From the NCBI RefSeq assembly GCF_006345805.1, contig NC_043003.1:87730001-87794000 (forward strand): a stretch of 64,000 nt of DNA, in the 5' to 3' direction. How positions within the stretch are numbered: the stretch's first letter is position 1; each line of letters begins with the position of its first letter. Below the pieces are notes generated by a model, which saw nothing but the letters and a program-made list of their open reading frames with translations, was not told the DNA's origin and searched no databases. The position numbers and the translations under genes are program-made. Positions 1 through 11,661 of this stretch are shown here, one piece after another. This stretch comes from Octopus sinensis (Eukaryota).

Positions 1-500
1 GTGAGGGGAAATGGGAGACAGGCAAAGGCAGAGCGGGTGTGAGGAGAGAGCAGTGGCAGATTCCAAAGAATGTGCTCTGGCAAGAGCGGTGTGGATAATG
101 GTGAGGGGATATTCATGAAGGATGAAGTTGCGAGCCATGAGTTTAGACTGAGTCTCAAAGTCATGGTTGTCACTGCAAAGCCTGTGCAGATGGAGGAATT
201 GGGAGTAAGGGATGGAGAGCTTGATGTGGGCAGGTTGGGAGGAGGAGAACTTGAGGTATGAGTGTGAGCCAGTGTGTTTGTAATGGATGGAGATAGTAAG
301 AGTGGGGGGTGTGTATGTTGATCAAAATGTCGAGAAAGGCAGAAGAAGTGTGAACATGTCAGGTTGGAGTTTGAGTCAAAGGTCTAGAAAGTGTTTGAGG
401 GCAAGAAGTCCTTCGTTGTGTGGGATTACCGTATATAGACTCTTGATATCAAAAGTGAAGAGAAGTTTAGAGAGGGAAGGAGAAACAGTTGAAAAGACGA
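1..500 (-). mobile_element. Penelope-like element RT fragment
   Basis: Minus-strand LLFTFDIKSLYTVIPHNEGLLALKHFL matches the PLE RT motif (FTxDVxSLYTxIP); the frame is broken. Confidence 0.75.
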
Positions 501-532
501 AGACCATGCACACACACACACACATGCACATA

Positions 533-648
533 TGGGCTTCTTGCAGTTTCCACTCATAAGGCTTTGGTAGAAGTGCCACAAGTGGGACTGAACTTGGAAC
601 CATGTAGTTGGGAAGCAAGTTTCTTACCACACAACCACGCTGGCACCA
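533..648 (-). mobile_element. tRNA-derived SINE head fragment
   Basis: Reverse strand reads GTGGTTGTGTGGTAAG (A-box-like) ... GTTCAGTCCC (B-box-like); body resembles the SINE at 55710-56010. Confidence 0.65.
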
Positions 649-854
649 ATGCATATTTATAAACTGTATTTACAAATTTTGAAATTCATTTATCTGTGAA
701 CTGATAACACAATGAAATACATATTTTGAGGTTTAAGACACATAACATGTTCCACAAGGTTTGTAAAAAAGCCTACATATCAAGTTTCAAGAAAATAACA
801 AACAAGTTTAAAGTTATACTGTTGTTATGATGACAAGCTGATTATTGTTGCTAA

Positions 855-1373
855 TCTATATATATATAAAACTGTAGTTGTGTGAGTGTCTGTCTCCTAC
901 GATTTAGATTCCTAACTCCTCCCACATTTTGCGGTGCAGTTTAACCAAATTCGGGTATCTTATAGTCGTGATTAATATCGAGCCCGTCTGGCTATTAGTG
1001 CGCATCTACGATGAGTCTACGATTTTAAAAATAATTTAATATCATTTTTTATTCCATTTTAATGCATAATTTTTCGTGTGTCAATGGCGGCGGAGTTGGT
1101 GTCCACGCTCAAACACCTGCACCTGTGTTTGCTTCTCCCCCTTCTTCCCTCCCTCGTGAAGCTGTGGGGAAGGGAGTTTAAGGAAATCAACGTTGTAATG
1201 CGTTATCAAGGAGACCAGCGTTCTTTTAGAACAACGACTTCATGGCTTGAAGACACCAAAACAGAAATGGCTAAGAAAGCCCGAATTGGCATCTATAAAG
1301 GAAGTAACTCTCTAAAAATGCTTATATAGTTATTTCCCTTACAAACCCGAGCAACGCCGGGCGATACTGCTAG
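855..1373 (+). mobile_element. Non-autonomous Helitron, copy 1
   Basis: 5' TC after host A; subterminal hairpin CCCGAGCAACGCCGGG; 3' CTAG at 1370-1373; no TSD. Confidence 0.85.
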
Positions 1374-1771
1374 TCTTTATATATAAAAGTAAGGTTGTGT
1401 GTCTGTCTCCTACGATTTAGATTCCTAACTACTCCCACATTTTGCGGTGCAGTTTAACCAAAACCAGGTATCTTATAGTCGTGATTCATATCGAGCCCTT
1501 CTGGGTATTAGCGCGCGTCTACGACGAGTCTACGATTTAAAAAAAAATTTACCATCATTTTTTTCCATTTTAATGCATTTTTTTCGCTATTATATAAGGG
1601 AAGTAACTCTCTAAAAATGTCTACGATGAGTCAACGATTTTTAAAAAAATTTACTATCATTTTTTTTCCATTTTTAATGCATTTTTTGCTACTTTTTGGC
1701 TATAACTCTCTAAAAATGCTTATATAGTTATTTCCCTTACAAACCCGAGCAACGCCGGGCGATACTGCTAG
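1374..1771 (+). mobile_element. Non-autonomous Helitron, copy 2 (head-to-tail with copy 1)
   Basis: Starts TC immediately after copy 1's CTAG; identical hairpin and CTAG at 1768-1771, followed by host T. Confidence 0.85.
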
Positions 1772-1789
1772 TATAATATAAAGAGTAGT

Positions 1790-2415
1790 TGATAGCAAAA
1801 CTAGTGAAGTGCCAAACAATGCCTTGTGGCATATATTTCTGTTTCTTTGTATTCTCAGCTCAAAATGTTACAGAGGTTGACTTCAGGGTTTGATACAGTA
1901 AGTATCAGGAAGTTCTAGGATCAATTTAATCAATGAGACACCTTACTTCAAAATTTGTAGCTTTGTACTTAAGTCAAGATAAATATTGTTATTAATGCTG
2001 ATAGAGGAACAGAAACAGCAGTATATGAGATAAATGTTTTGCAGTGTATAGTTACAGCACTTTACATTCTGAGTTCAAATCTTGACTTGGCTTTTCATCA
2101 CTCTGTGGGGAGGAATCAATGGATCAATAATGTAATAGTACTAGGTTTGACTACTCCTCTACACAATTGTGGTATTGTGTCAAAACTTAAAAATTATTAA
2201 GGGTGGTGGATTGGTAAAATCATTAACACATCAGACAAAATGTTGTATGGTATTTGTTCAGCTCTTTATGTTCTGTGTTCATATCCTATTGATGTCAATT
2301 TTGCTTGTCATCCTTTAAGGGTCGATAAAACAAGCACCAATTAAGTATTGGGGTTGATGTAACCAACTAAACGCCACTTCAAAATTGCTGGCCTTGTGCC
2401 TAAATTAAAAACAGT
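1790..2415 (+). mobile_element. Three degenerate tandem tRNA-derived SINE copies
   Basis: Recurring TTCTGAGTTCAAAT...GACTT..CTTTTCATC...GATAAA..AGTACC...GGCCTTGTGCC blocks; same family as 42985-43216. Confidence 0.6.
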
Positions 2416-2545
2416 TAATGTCATTAGTGTTATTGTCGTAGTACAGAGTAGTGGATGACACAGTAAGATACTAGACATTTTGCTTCAAAGTATTTAGTCA
2501 CATCTTTACCACTCATCTTTTCATCTAAATTCAATATAATAAATA

Positions 2546-3370
2546 CGTAGTCTGATCAATAAGTATCTGGACTGTTGCCATAGTAACAAAGCTAAAACAC
2601 GCAGAGTGAAGCCACTTGGCACAGATTGACCTTGAACTCTGCTGTTTACAGCAGTGTTTGGAACGAAGGTGTGTAGCGTGTGATTGTCACATTGACCATG
2701 AGAGAGCAAGTTGAACAGAGAATCTGCTTGAAATTTTGCCGAAAGTTTGGTGATACCTGCTCAGAGGCCTACGCAAAGTTTTCAAAGCCTTTTCATCGAT
2801 CTCGATACAATCAAGGAGATCTTGTGCAACTGAAACCCCATATCCTTTTGGTCAGCTGAAAGCAGTTTTGGCACAAACTTGGCAGACACACATCTCATGT
2901 CCAAATCTTCAGTGATAATGGACTGAACTGAACCATAACTAATTTGCACATCCTCATGGATGGGGATTCGATGATTTTCCTTCACAGCTGCACACACATC
3001 TGCAATGTCTTTCTCAATTCTGCTGGTTGCAGGTCTCCCAGAATGTTCGTCTCAGAACGGCCATCTTGGAAACATTTGAACCACTTGTACACTTGTGTGT
3101 GGCTCACACACTCCTCTCCATACACTTTCTGCAACTTTGCGTAGGCCTCTGGAAAAGCATCACCATGACAACTTTCTCTGTCGTAGTCAATGCAACGATC
3201 ATACACTACATACCTTCCTTCCAAGTACTGCTGTAGACAGTGGAAGTGAGCTAGAATGTTAAACATAAGCACAGCAGAGGTCAAGGCAAATCTCTGCCAA
3301 GCAGTTTCACTCTGCATGCTTTAGCTTCATTACTATGGCAACTATCTGGATACTTATTGATTAGACCTCG
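2546..3370. mobile_element. Mariner-derived element made of two inward-facing 5' ends, flanked by TA
   Basis: TA|CGTAGTCTGATCAATAAG ... CTTATTGATTAGACCTCG|TA. Left arm encodes MREQVEQRICLKFCRKFGDTCSEAYAK; right arm (minus) encodes EAYAKLQKVYGEECVSHTQVYKWFK and ITEDLDMRCVSAKFVPKLL (mariner HTH and WVPH/R-like linker). Confidence 0.85.
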
Positions 3371-3748
3371 TACCAATCAACTACAGGAATCAATTTCTTC
3401 AACTATATCCTCTCTTCCCACCCACCAAACTTAAGGTCAATACAGTAATGTATGATTGAACTTATTGTCAGTAGTCAAGCACTTCATAACTTCACTTCAC
3501 GCCTGTACCATTTTATCCATGATAATGATACTAATGATGATAACAATGAAGACAATAAGATGGTGATAGTGATAACAATGATAGTGATGAAGATTATGAT
3601 GGTGAAGGTGAAGTCAAAATATTTATATTGTAGACAAAATCCATAAATGACATCAGCTTATTGTTATTTCATGAATATTACTTTTTGGTTCAAAAGATTT
3701 TGTCAAAAGCTGAAAAAGATTTTTCCAAAACAATTCCAGGATACTCAC

Positions 3749-3855
3749 TCCAAAGCATCAATTATCTTCTGGGGTTCTACAAAGGGTTCATAGATATTTT
3801 CTTCAATGAAAGGCCGATCACAATTTGCATAGGCTGTCGATACATGTACAAATAC
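3749..3855 (-). CDS. FAR1: FAR coding exon 4
   Basis: Acceptor ATATTGCAG; [35 protein letters not shown](E) with the conserved HVSTAY motif; donor GTGAGT; 107 nt, phase 0 to 2. No further exon found within the window. Confidence 0.95.
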
Positions 3856-3925
3856 CTGCAATATATGACACACAGACATAAAATGCATGATATTCCTCGC
3901 TGTTTCTCGCTCTCTCTCCTTAACT

Positions 3926-3978
<53 letters not shown>

Positions 3979-4727
3979 TATAATTAAGAAACACACAAAA
4001 AGCCCTGAGAACTTCAGCTACTCATGGTTTCCTAGTCTAAATATTAAATTCATTTTGCCATTTTTCAAGCTAGAAAAGTAAACAAGACAGTTTAGTAACT
4101 GGGTTTGATGTAATTGAAGTTTCAATGAGCATGTATATTTTGAAAAAAGACAAAGAGCATGCTCATTTGTCACAACTTGAAAAATAGTGAAATAAATTTA
4201 ATATTTTGCCAAGAAACACTAGTTAGCTGAATTTTACATGGCTTTTTGCATGTTTCTTAATTATAATATCTTTACTCTCTTAACTGATCAAGTGCTATAC
4301 TATTTATTGAACTACATACAATACACTCACACACATATATTAGATTAGCAGAGGATGTACTGAATGAAGCATTCTTGTTCAACTAACATGACCACAAGTC
4401 AACAAATGGACCTGCAACCAGATCCCTGAACACCTGAGAAATACCAACCAAACTTCTTTCAATTCACCCCCTACATTAAAAACAGGAAGGAGACATTGGA
4501 CAAAAGATATACAAAAGATGAAGAAATAGAAGGAGTAGCAGAACAATCATATCAGATGGAAGGAAGTGATGGAAAGTAGAAGTTGATAGCTAATGGATCA
4601 TATGTAACCCCAAGAAAGTTTAACAGTGGACCATCAAGTAAGAACTGTTATATAGGTAAATTTGCTACAGCTTAGGCTCTTCAGTTTTCATATGATCAGT
4701 GATTAATTTTCTCACACACACACATAT

Positions 4728-5457
4728 ATATATGCAGTTAAGTATATGTCCGGTCACAGAGTGACCAATGGTTTCACATCCATAAAAGAGTTAGCCCCTT
4801 GGACGTCTTGTCAGGCTCTAAAGCCGAAGGCATAAAATTCTTCAACTCTGGGAGGGAGGAATCTGTTACAGTCAGTTAGTTAGTAAGTAATCAAAGAATA
4901 ACCAATCCAGGTCTATAAGGACAGTTATCTCCCTTAGACTAGTCCATGTGGGTCAAAAAAGAGGGAACAAGGATTTTAACCCTTAGGTTGCTTTTAGCTC
5001 AAAAGGACCTTTCAGATCTAATCAATGAATGGAGAATCCCATGCTTACAGCAGGTAGCATTTAAAATGCTTTGCATAGCTGAGTAAGCAAGGATCCCAGC
5101 AACAAAGAAACTTATAGCCCCTACATCCATTTCAAATGCTACCTGCTGCAAACATGGAATTCTCCATTCATTGATTAGATCCAAAAAGGTCATTATGAGC
5201 TAAGAGCAACCTTCGGGCAAAATTCCCTGTTCTCCCTTTTTTGAGCCACGTTGGACTAGTCGAAGGGAGATAACCACCTTATCAACCCGGATTGTTTTTT
5301 CTTTGTTTACTTACTAACTAACAGATTCCTACCTCCTGAGTTGAAGAATTATATACCTTCACCTTTAGAGTCTGATGAGCCTTTTATGGGGCTAAACCAT
5401 TTATGGATGTAAAACAATTCGTCACTCTATGATGGGACATATACTTAACTGCATATA
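4728..5457. mobile_element. Palindromic element (arms ~4728-5068 and ~5128-5457), probable inverted PLE pseudo-LTR pair
   Basis: Arms are diverged reverse complements along their whole length, with TA-rich flanks and a hammerhead-like motif in each arm. A long-TIR MITE is an alternative reading. Confidence 0.7.
5367..5428 (+). ncRNA. Degenerate type I hammerhead-like motif (mirror copy on minus strand 4758-4819)
   Basis: AGAGT-CTGATGA-...-AAAAC-AATTC-GTC-ACTCT with perfect stem I; the mirror arm supplies GAAAC-CATTG-GTC and the stem II pairing ACGTCC/GGATGT. Confidence 0.6.
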
Positions 5458-5818
5458 AATACATTACTGCTGTATGCTTTAGAGTGTGCTTCTTATTTGG
5501 GTATGTGATACACCCACAATATACATATATATTAGATATAGATAATTAGATATACATATATAAATATACATATATAAACATTTATATAGATATATAAATG
5601 TATACATATATATATGCATATATATATAGATATATATGTATACATGTATATATGCATATATATATATATATCTATATATATGTAAGACAAGGGGTACGTA
5701 CGCCGTTATATATATATATATATATGTAAAAAAAATAGAAAACTGGGACAAGAAAGCAAAATATTTAGAGGACGATACAAAAAAAAGGATGGGACATTCG
5801 AAGCCTTCAATCTTCAGT

Positions 5819-5857
<39 letters not shown>

Positions 5858-7284
5858 AAATGAGAAAATGGAGAAATATATCTAAATCATTCATCAACTA
5901 TCAGATAATACCGAATCATATACTTTATTAAAACACTACACAAGAGCATTAAGATTAGACATTAATACAGTACAATAATTACAATCAATATAATGAGATA
6001 TAACTAAATAAATATAACAAGATATAAAAATACATATACATTATAACTGACAGCTGTTTCAGCCATGCAGATAAGTATGTCTCATGTAACCTATTAGCCA
6101 TATATTGCAGATATAAATGAGACATTAACAAAAATATCTAACGGCCTCTTCGGAGATTCTAATGTAAGTATGAGTCAGGAAACTGGATTGCTTCTATAAT
6201 GATAGAAAGTTAAATTTAGATAATAGTAATTTGCCTCTCTATAATCATAGGAACAATATATCTTTTGGAGCTAACGTGAACAACCCTCTTGCGAATTATG
6301 ATAGTACCATACCTGTAAGGAAAAATATTAATGTAATGGATGATACCACTACCACCAATACTATTACTATTGATAGGAATATTGCCAATAATATTAAACG
6401 CAATCACTCGTTAAATTTGGGATTAAATAGTAAAAATAATTATAACACTATTTATGGGAATAAAGTTACAGAAATTTTGGCCAATGTTAGATTGCATCAA
6501 CCTGTTGATAACTGTAATTGCAGAAAAAGGAATCAATGTGTGTTTGGTAATCAATGCCTCAAGAAAGAGGTAGTTTATCAATGCACTGTAGATACACAAT
6601 ATAGCAACTATGAATAGCATGAAACAAAGACTTAATTATCATAGATATACTTTTAGAAATAAAAACAGGATGTACTCTACGGGGTTAAGTGCATATATTT
6701 GGGAACTCAAAAGTAAGAACATAGATTTTAAATTAAATTAGAAAATACTAACTTCTGCACCTGTATACAATAGTAAAAATAAAAAATGCTCTCTATGTAT
6801 TAATGAAATTTTTTTCATCATCAAAGCTGGAATACCTATTATTAATAATATTAACAAGAGGAATTTTTTTTGCATTCATAAATTAGCGTAAACTTTCTCT
6901 AGATTTAAATAGAACATAGCATTTCTACTAGTAATATTTTAACATTCCTCTACACTTGATTGTACTTGTGGTCTTTATAATTTGAAACATACAATTTATA
7001 AATATATAATTTTGTAGCTACACATATATATGTTCTGTATTGATTGTTTTTTGTTTTTTGTCCTGGCTTATAAGGGAAATATACTAGGATATATATATAT
7101 ATTTTGGTATATGCATAGCACTATGATATTCATGGAGATTTACAAAATTGATGAGTGTGTATGCGTATCATAGTTTGGGGAGCTGGTTTTAGATGCTGTA
7201 ATACTAATATGTAATAAATGCGAGTCTATATTGAATGTACATTGTTTATTTTGGATGAGTATATGGGTTTTTGCATGTATTTAT

Positions 7285-7740
7285 TTGGCAGTCTTATATA
7301 TTATATATTAAGTTTATCTTTGTACTCATCTTAATTTCTATCTTATGTTATTTATTAATAAATTTATTCATTTACTTATATGTGGCTTTATACATATTAG
7401 CAGTCTTATATATTTAGTTTATATTTGTACTCATCTTAATTTGCATTTTATGTTATTTATCTATTTATTTATTCATTTATTTATATGTAAATATATACAT
7501 ATTAGCAGTCTTGTATACTAAGTTTATCTATGTACTCATCTTAATATATATATTTTTTATTTTATTTTATGTTATTTATCTATTTATTTATTCATTTATG
7601 TATATGTGGATATATACATATTAGCAGCCTTATATATTAAGTTTATCTTTGTATTTATCTTAATTTGTATTTTATGGTATTTATCTATTTATTTATTCAT
7701 TTATTTATATGTAGATATATACATATATATCCATTATTTA
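7285..7740 (+). repeat. AT-rich tandem repeat, ~4 units of 105-120 bp, inside the PLE
   Basis: GCAGTCTTATATA...GTACTCATCTTAATTT...ATTTATTCATTTA recurs at ~7289, 7400, 7505 and 7623. Confidence 0.7.
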
Positions 7741-9251
7741 TTAAATGTATATATGTATACATGTTTTTACTTATATTTTTATTTTTTAATTTCATTTTAT
7801 TTTATTTTATTATATTTTATTTTTAAGTAAGAACAATTATTAATTTATTATTAATTTAATTTATAATTATTTACTTATATACTATTTATTGGTAAGTCCT
7901 GTTAATTATTATATATGTATTTATACGTCCACTGATATTGTTTAATATTTAATGGTAAATCCTGTTAATTATTATATATGTATTTATATGTCCATTGATA
8001 CTTAAATATATATATATAGGTACTGCGAATGTTTACATACACATCAAATGTGAAAGTATATATGTTTGTCGTTACACAGGAGTATACATATGGATGTGTA
8101 GATGTGAGTATAATTCTCCTAGTTTGTTGGTGAGAGATTAAATAGGAATATAATGGTAATGTAACAATATTAGACTTCTTACGATGTGATGTTATCTGTA
8201 TAAGTTATAAGGTATTATTTTGATTATATATCTTAGAATATTAGCGTATTTTGACTTTTTACAATTAATTTATTATAATTTAATTAATATAAACCTCTGT
8301 TAACTTAGTTTATATGTATTTTTACGTCTTTTGATAGACAAACATAAACGGGTATTTTGTATTTTATAATTTAGTAAATATTTGAATAGAAACATAGTGG
8401 TAATGATATAGACATTTTTAGTTCTAAGATATTTTGTTTACGAAAAATACGGTGTTATTTTAATTATGTACCTTATGATAAATTACACTCTCCATCTAGG
8501 TATAATTATATGTATGATTGCATTTACGGATTTATGGACATATGTGAGTGGATCTGTTTGTAAACATTTATGTGTGTGTATAGATGGGATAGTACCTCTT
8601 ATTTATTTATTTATGATTTGGTTGTGTATGTGGGTATGTGTGTGTGTATGTGTGTGAGTGTGTGGGTGTGTGTGTGTGTAAACATGTGACTATGTCTGTA
8701 TGTGCGCACGTTTGTGGATGTGCGTGCGCGTGTGTATGTTTCCTAGCTAACTAACCGTAAAATGTCTACTGTAATTCAAATTTAAAAGTATAGGCCAATC
8801 GAATGCATCTGTGGAAATTAATACCATGCAAACAGAAGAATTTGACTGATTGCATATATATGCAGATATCTATTTGCCTTGAATAATACTATGGTGGTAT
8901 TTATTGGTCTTCAGTGTTGCTAACATTATTGTTATTGATAACGGTATTGGTATTAACATTATTGACTTTTTTGTAAAGTAACACAAATTAGTATAATGAA
9001 CTGTTTACTATATATGTCTGCATTAAATATGAAGATATCTGTTGTAATTTCTTAATATTAGGTGAGGAACTGTAACATTCAATATAGAACATTATTATGT
9101 TTATTGATATATATTGATTTATATTATTTATATTATTTTATATTATTATGTATATGTATATGTGTATATATATAAGGATATGAGTATATATGCACTCATA
9201 TTTATATTTATATGTAAATGATTTTTGGATATGTACTCATACTTACATTAG

Positions 9252-9366
9252 AATCTCCGAAGAGGCCGTTAGATATTTTTGTTAATGTCTCATTTATACC
9301 TGCAATATATGGCTAATAGGTTAAATGAGACATACTTATCTGCATGGCCGAAACAGCTGTCAGTTA
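9252..9366 (+). ncRNA. Type I hammerhead-ribozyme-like motif in PLE pLTR (mirror copy on minus strand ~6044-6158)
   Basis: CCGAAGA core (9257-9263, U4C variant of CUGANGA); stem II closed by GGCC(9264-67)/GGCC(9346-49); GAAAC-AGCT-GTC with palindromic stem III; weak stem I. Confidence 0.65.
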
Positions 9367-9782
9367 TAATGTATATATATTTTTATATCTTGTTATATTT
9401 ATTTAGTTATATCTCATTATATTGATTGTAATTATTGTACTGTATTAATGTCTAATCTTAATGCTCTTGTGTAGTGTTTTAATAAAGTATATGATTCGGT
9501 ATTATCTGATAGTTGATGAATGATTTAGATATATTTCTCTATTTTCTCATTTTGTATTATTAATTTATGGTAAAAAATAATTTTACCTTTGCCCACCTAA
9601 TACAGTAAATGAATTAATTGCATCGCAATTCTTAACATTTATGTATTAGCTTTGTTGGGTACTTCTCTAGCAGTATATTGGATATATGTTATACCATGGA
9701 GGGTTGAATTTACAACCCCTATCTCATTTTATATACATATATATATATATATGGCTTTTCAACAACCTTGGTATATATGTAT

Positions 9783-9816
<34 letters not shown>

Positions 9817-9832
9817 ATATATATATATACAT

Positions 9833-10960
9833 AAATACCAAGGTTGTTGAAAAGCCAGGCAAGCCTATCAAATCTATAATTGGTAGAACCTATCCTTTTA
9901 GTAAAACCCCCTGTACGGATAAGTACTGTACTGTATGTAGATTTAGCCCACAAACAAACTGTAAAGCCAGAAATGTAGTCTATAGTATAAAATGTATAGA
10001 GGGACGATGCAGTAACAAGACAACGACATACGCAGGGGAAACGGCAACAAGCATAGGAGAGCAGGTAAATGACCATTGGAGAGAACTCAAGAAAGGTAAA
10101 AGCTCATCGATTCTGCACCAACACGCTAAACAGGAACACGGGGGATCAATCAACAACATAGAAATTAAAATATTGTCCACACATAGAACAGATGCAACAA
10201 TCAGACAAATTACAGAAGCTACACACATAGAAAATAAACCTAGCCTGAATAGGAAACTAGAATGGAACACTAGCACACATCACAACATATGACGATAGAG
10301 GATCCCAATAAACTGGTTACAATATAAACAAAACCGAAAACATAATAAATAAATAAAATACACAGATAAATAAACAAATAGAAATAAATAACTAGAAGTT
10401 TTTTTGTTTTTTTTATCTAATTAAAAAGATTTTTTAAAATTTATAATTATTATTACTAGTATTGTTATTATACATACATACATACATACAAGCATGTGTA
10501 ATGATAATAAGTGGATGTAAACACAGGAACAAAATAAGAATAAACAAAAACAACAACAAATTACATGAACGTATATAAACAGAAGATACAAATATTAGAG
10601 CCCCCCCCTACACACACACACACTAAATAAACATAGACGCACATAGAGATATAAGCATGCGCAAATGAAGACATACAATAGAAATACAAAATGGCTGACG
10701 GTTAGTAAGGAGAGACACAAATAAGAAAGAAGAAAACAAAGGACCACTGATGCGGTCACAGGAGTCTGACGAAAGAACTCTGGCCGAAATAAGATTAAGA
10801 TTAATGTAAAAAATAAATAACACTAAAGCAAAATAACACCAAATATATAGTGCGTGTGTTTTTATTGGCTAAACTGGCAAAATAACCATTCCGAAATATA
10901 ACAATATCTGTTTCAACACACGACTTCACATAAAAAATCTTGCACAACAAATATATAAAC
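9833..10960 (+). mobile_element. Penelope-like element 3' part (GIY-YIG endonuclease plus 3' region)
   Basis: ORF to 10292: CTVC...CKARNVVYSIKC...YAGETATSIGEQVNDH...RQITEATHIENKPSLNRKLEW. A close sister copy lies at 56111-57115. Confidence 0.85.
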
Positions 10961-10968
10961 GTACTATA

Positions 10969-11012
<44 letters not shown>

Positions 11013-11105
11013 ATATATATATTTATATGCATATATATATATATATATGCATATATATATACATCTATATATGCATATATATATATCTATATATACATAT
11101 ATATA

Positions 11106-11660
11106 ACTTAGAAAGGTTTTGGCCAGTATTGGCCCTGGCCATGTCTAACTTAATAGCACTGCCTGGCGAAGTCTTTCAATTCAGGATTTGGGAGCCAAGG
11201 TCCATTCGAGCAGAGAATTATTGTTTGCGGAGACATATCCGGGTGTGGGTGGTTTGTCTGGGACTGTTTGAAGGAATTTGTCCAAAGACTACTTGAATTT
11301 TGTGTGGTCAGTTTCTGTTTTGACATGTCCTGGTGTAATGTTGAAGAGAGTGGATCCAACTGAGGTGAAATAATTGTGCTGTATTGTTGTTATGAGATGC
11401 GATTTACATTTTTGTTGTGGACGGATGGCACGTGGTCCAAGCCTTGGATGTATTTTAAAGGTGATGCCAACATCATTCGGACAGTGCTGATGGAATATTT
11501 TCCACATCATACAGATAATGTAGCGTTCACGGCATCGTTGGAGTGAATACAGTTTCAGCTTTTCAAGCCTACCCCAGTAGTCGAGGTCTGACATGCCATC
11601 TATCTTTTTTGTGATTGAGCTTTGGGGAGCTTCAATTCTCATAATATTTTGAGATACATA
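11106..11660 (-). mobile_element. CR1/L2-group LINE 3' fragment
   Basis: LDYWGRLEKLKLYSLQRCRERYII, typical of the CR1-group ORF2 C-terminus; TA flanks. Confidence 0.75.
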
Positions 11661-11661
11661 T

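Larger units (their letters stand above)
5853..9730 (+). mobile_element. 5'-truncated Penelope-like element with inverted pseudo-LTR
   Basis: Near-identical 323-bp inverted repeats at 5853-6175 and 9235-9557. GIY-YIG remnant at 6231-6910 (CNCRKRNQC...CLKKEVVYQCTV...KQRLNYHRYTF...TGLSAYIWELK...CSLCINE). (TA)n on both flanks. Confidence 0.88.

Noticed and set aside
1078-1329. 83-aa ORF inside Helitron copy 1
   Set aside because: No recognisable domain, non-ATG start, and it runs into the element's terminal sequence.
1-3748. Next FAR exon (expected to begin near a 'WM' motif)
   Set aside because: No matching minus-strand exon seen by eye; probably outside the window.
10746-10800. Possible hammerhead CTGATGC-GGTCA...TGGCC-GAAA with an apparent compensatory change in the 56900 copy
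   Set aside because: A9 is not conserved, there is no convincing stem I, and both 'compensatory' changes are CpG transitions.
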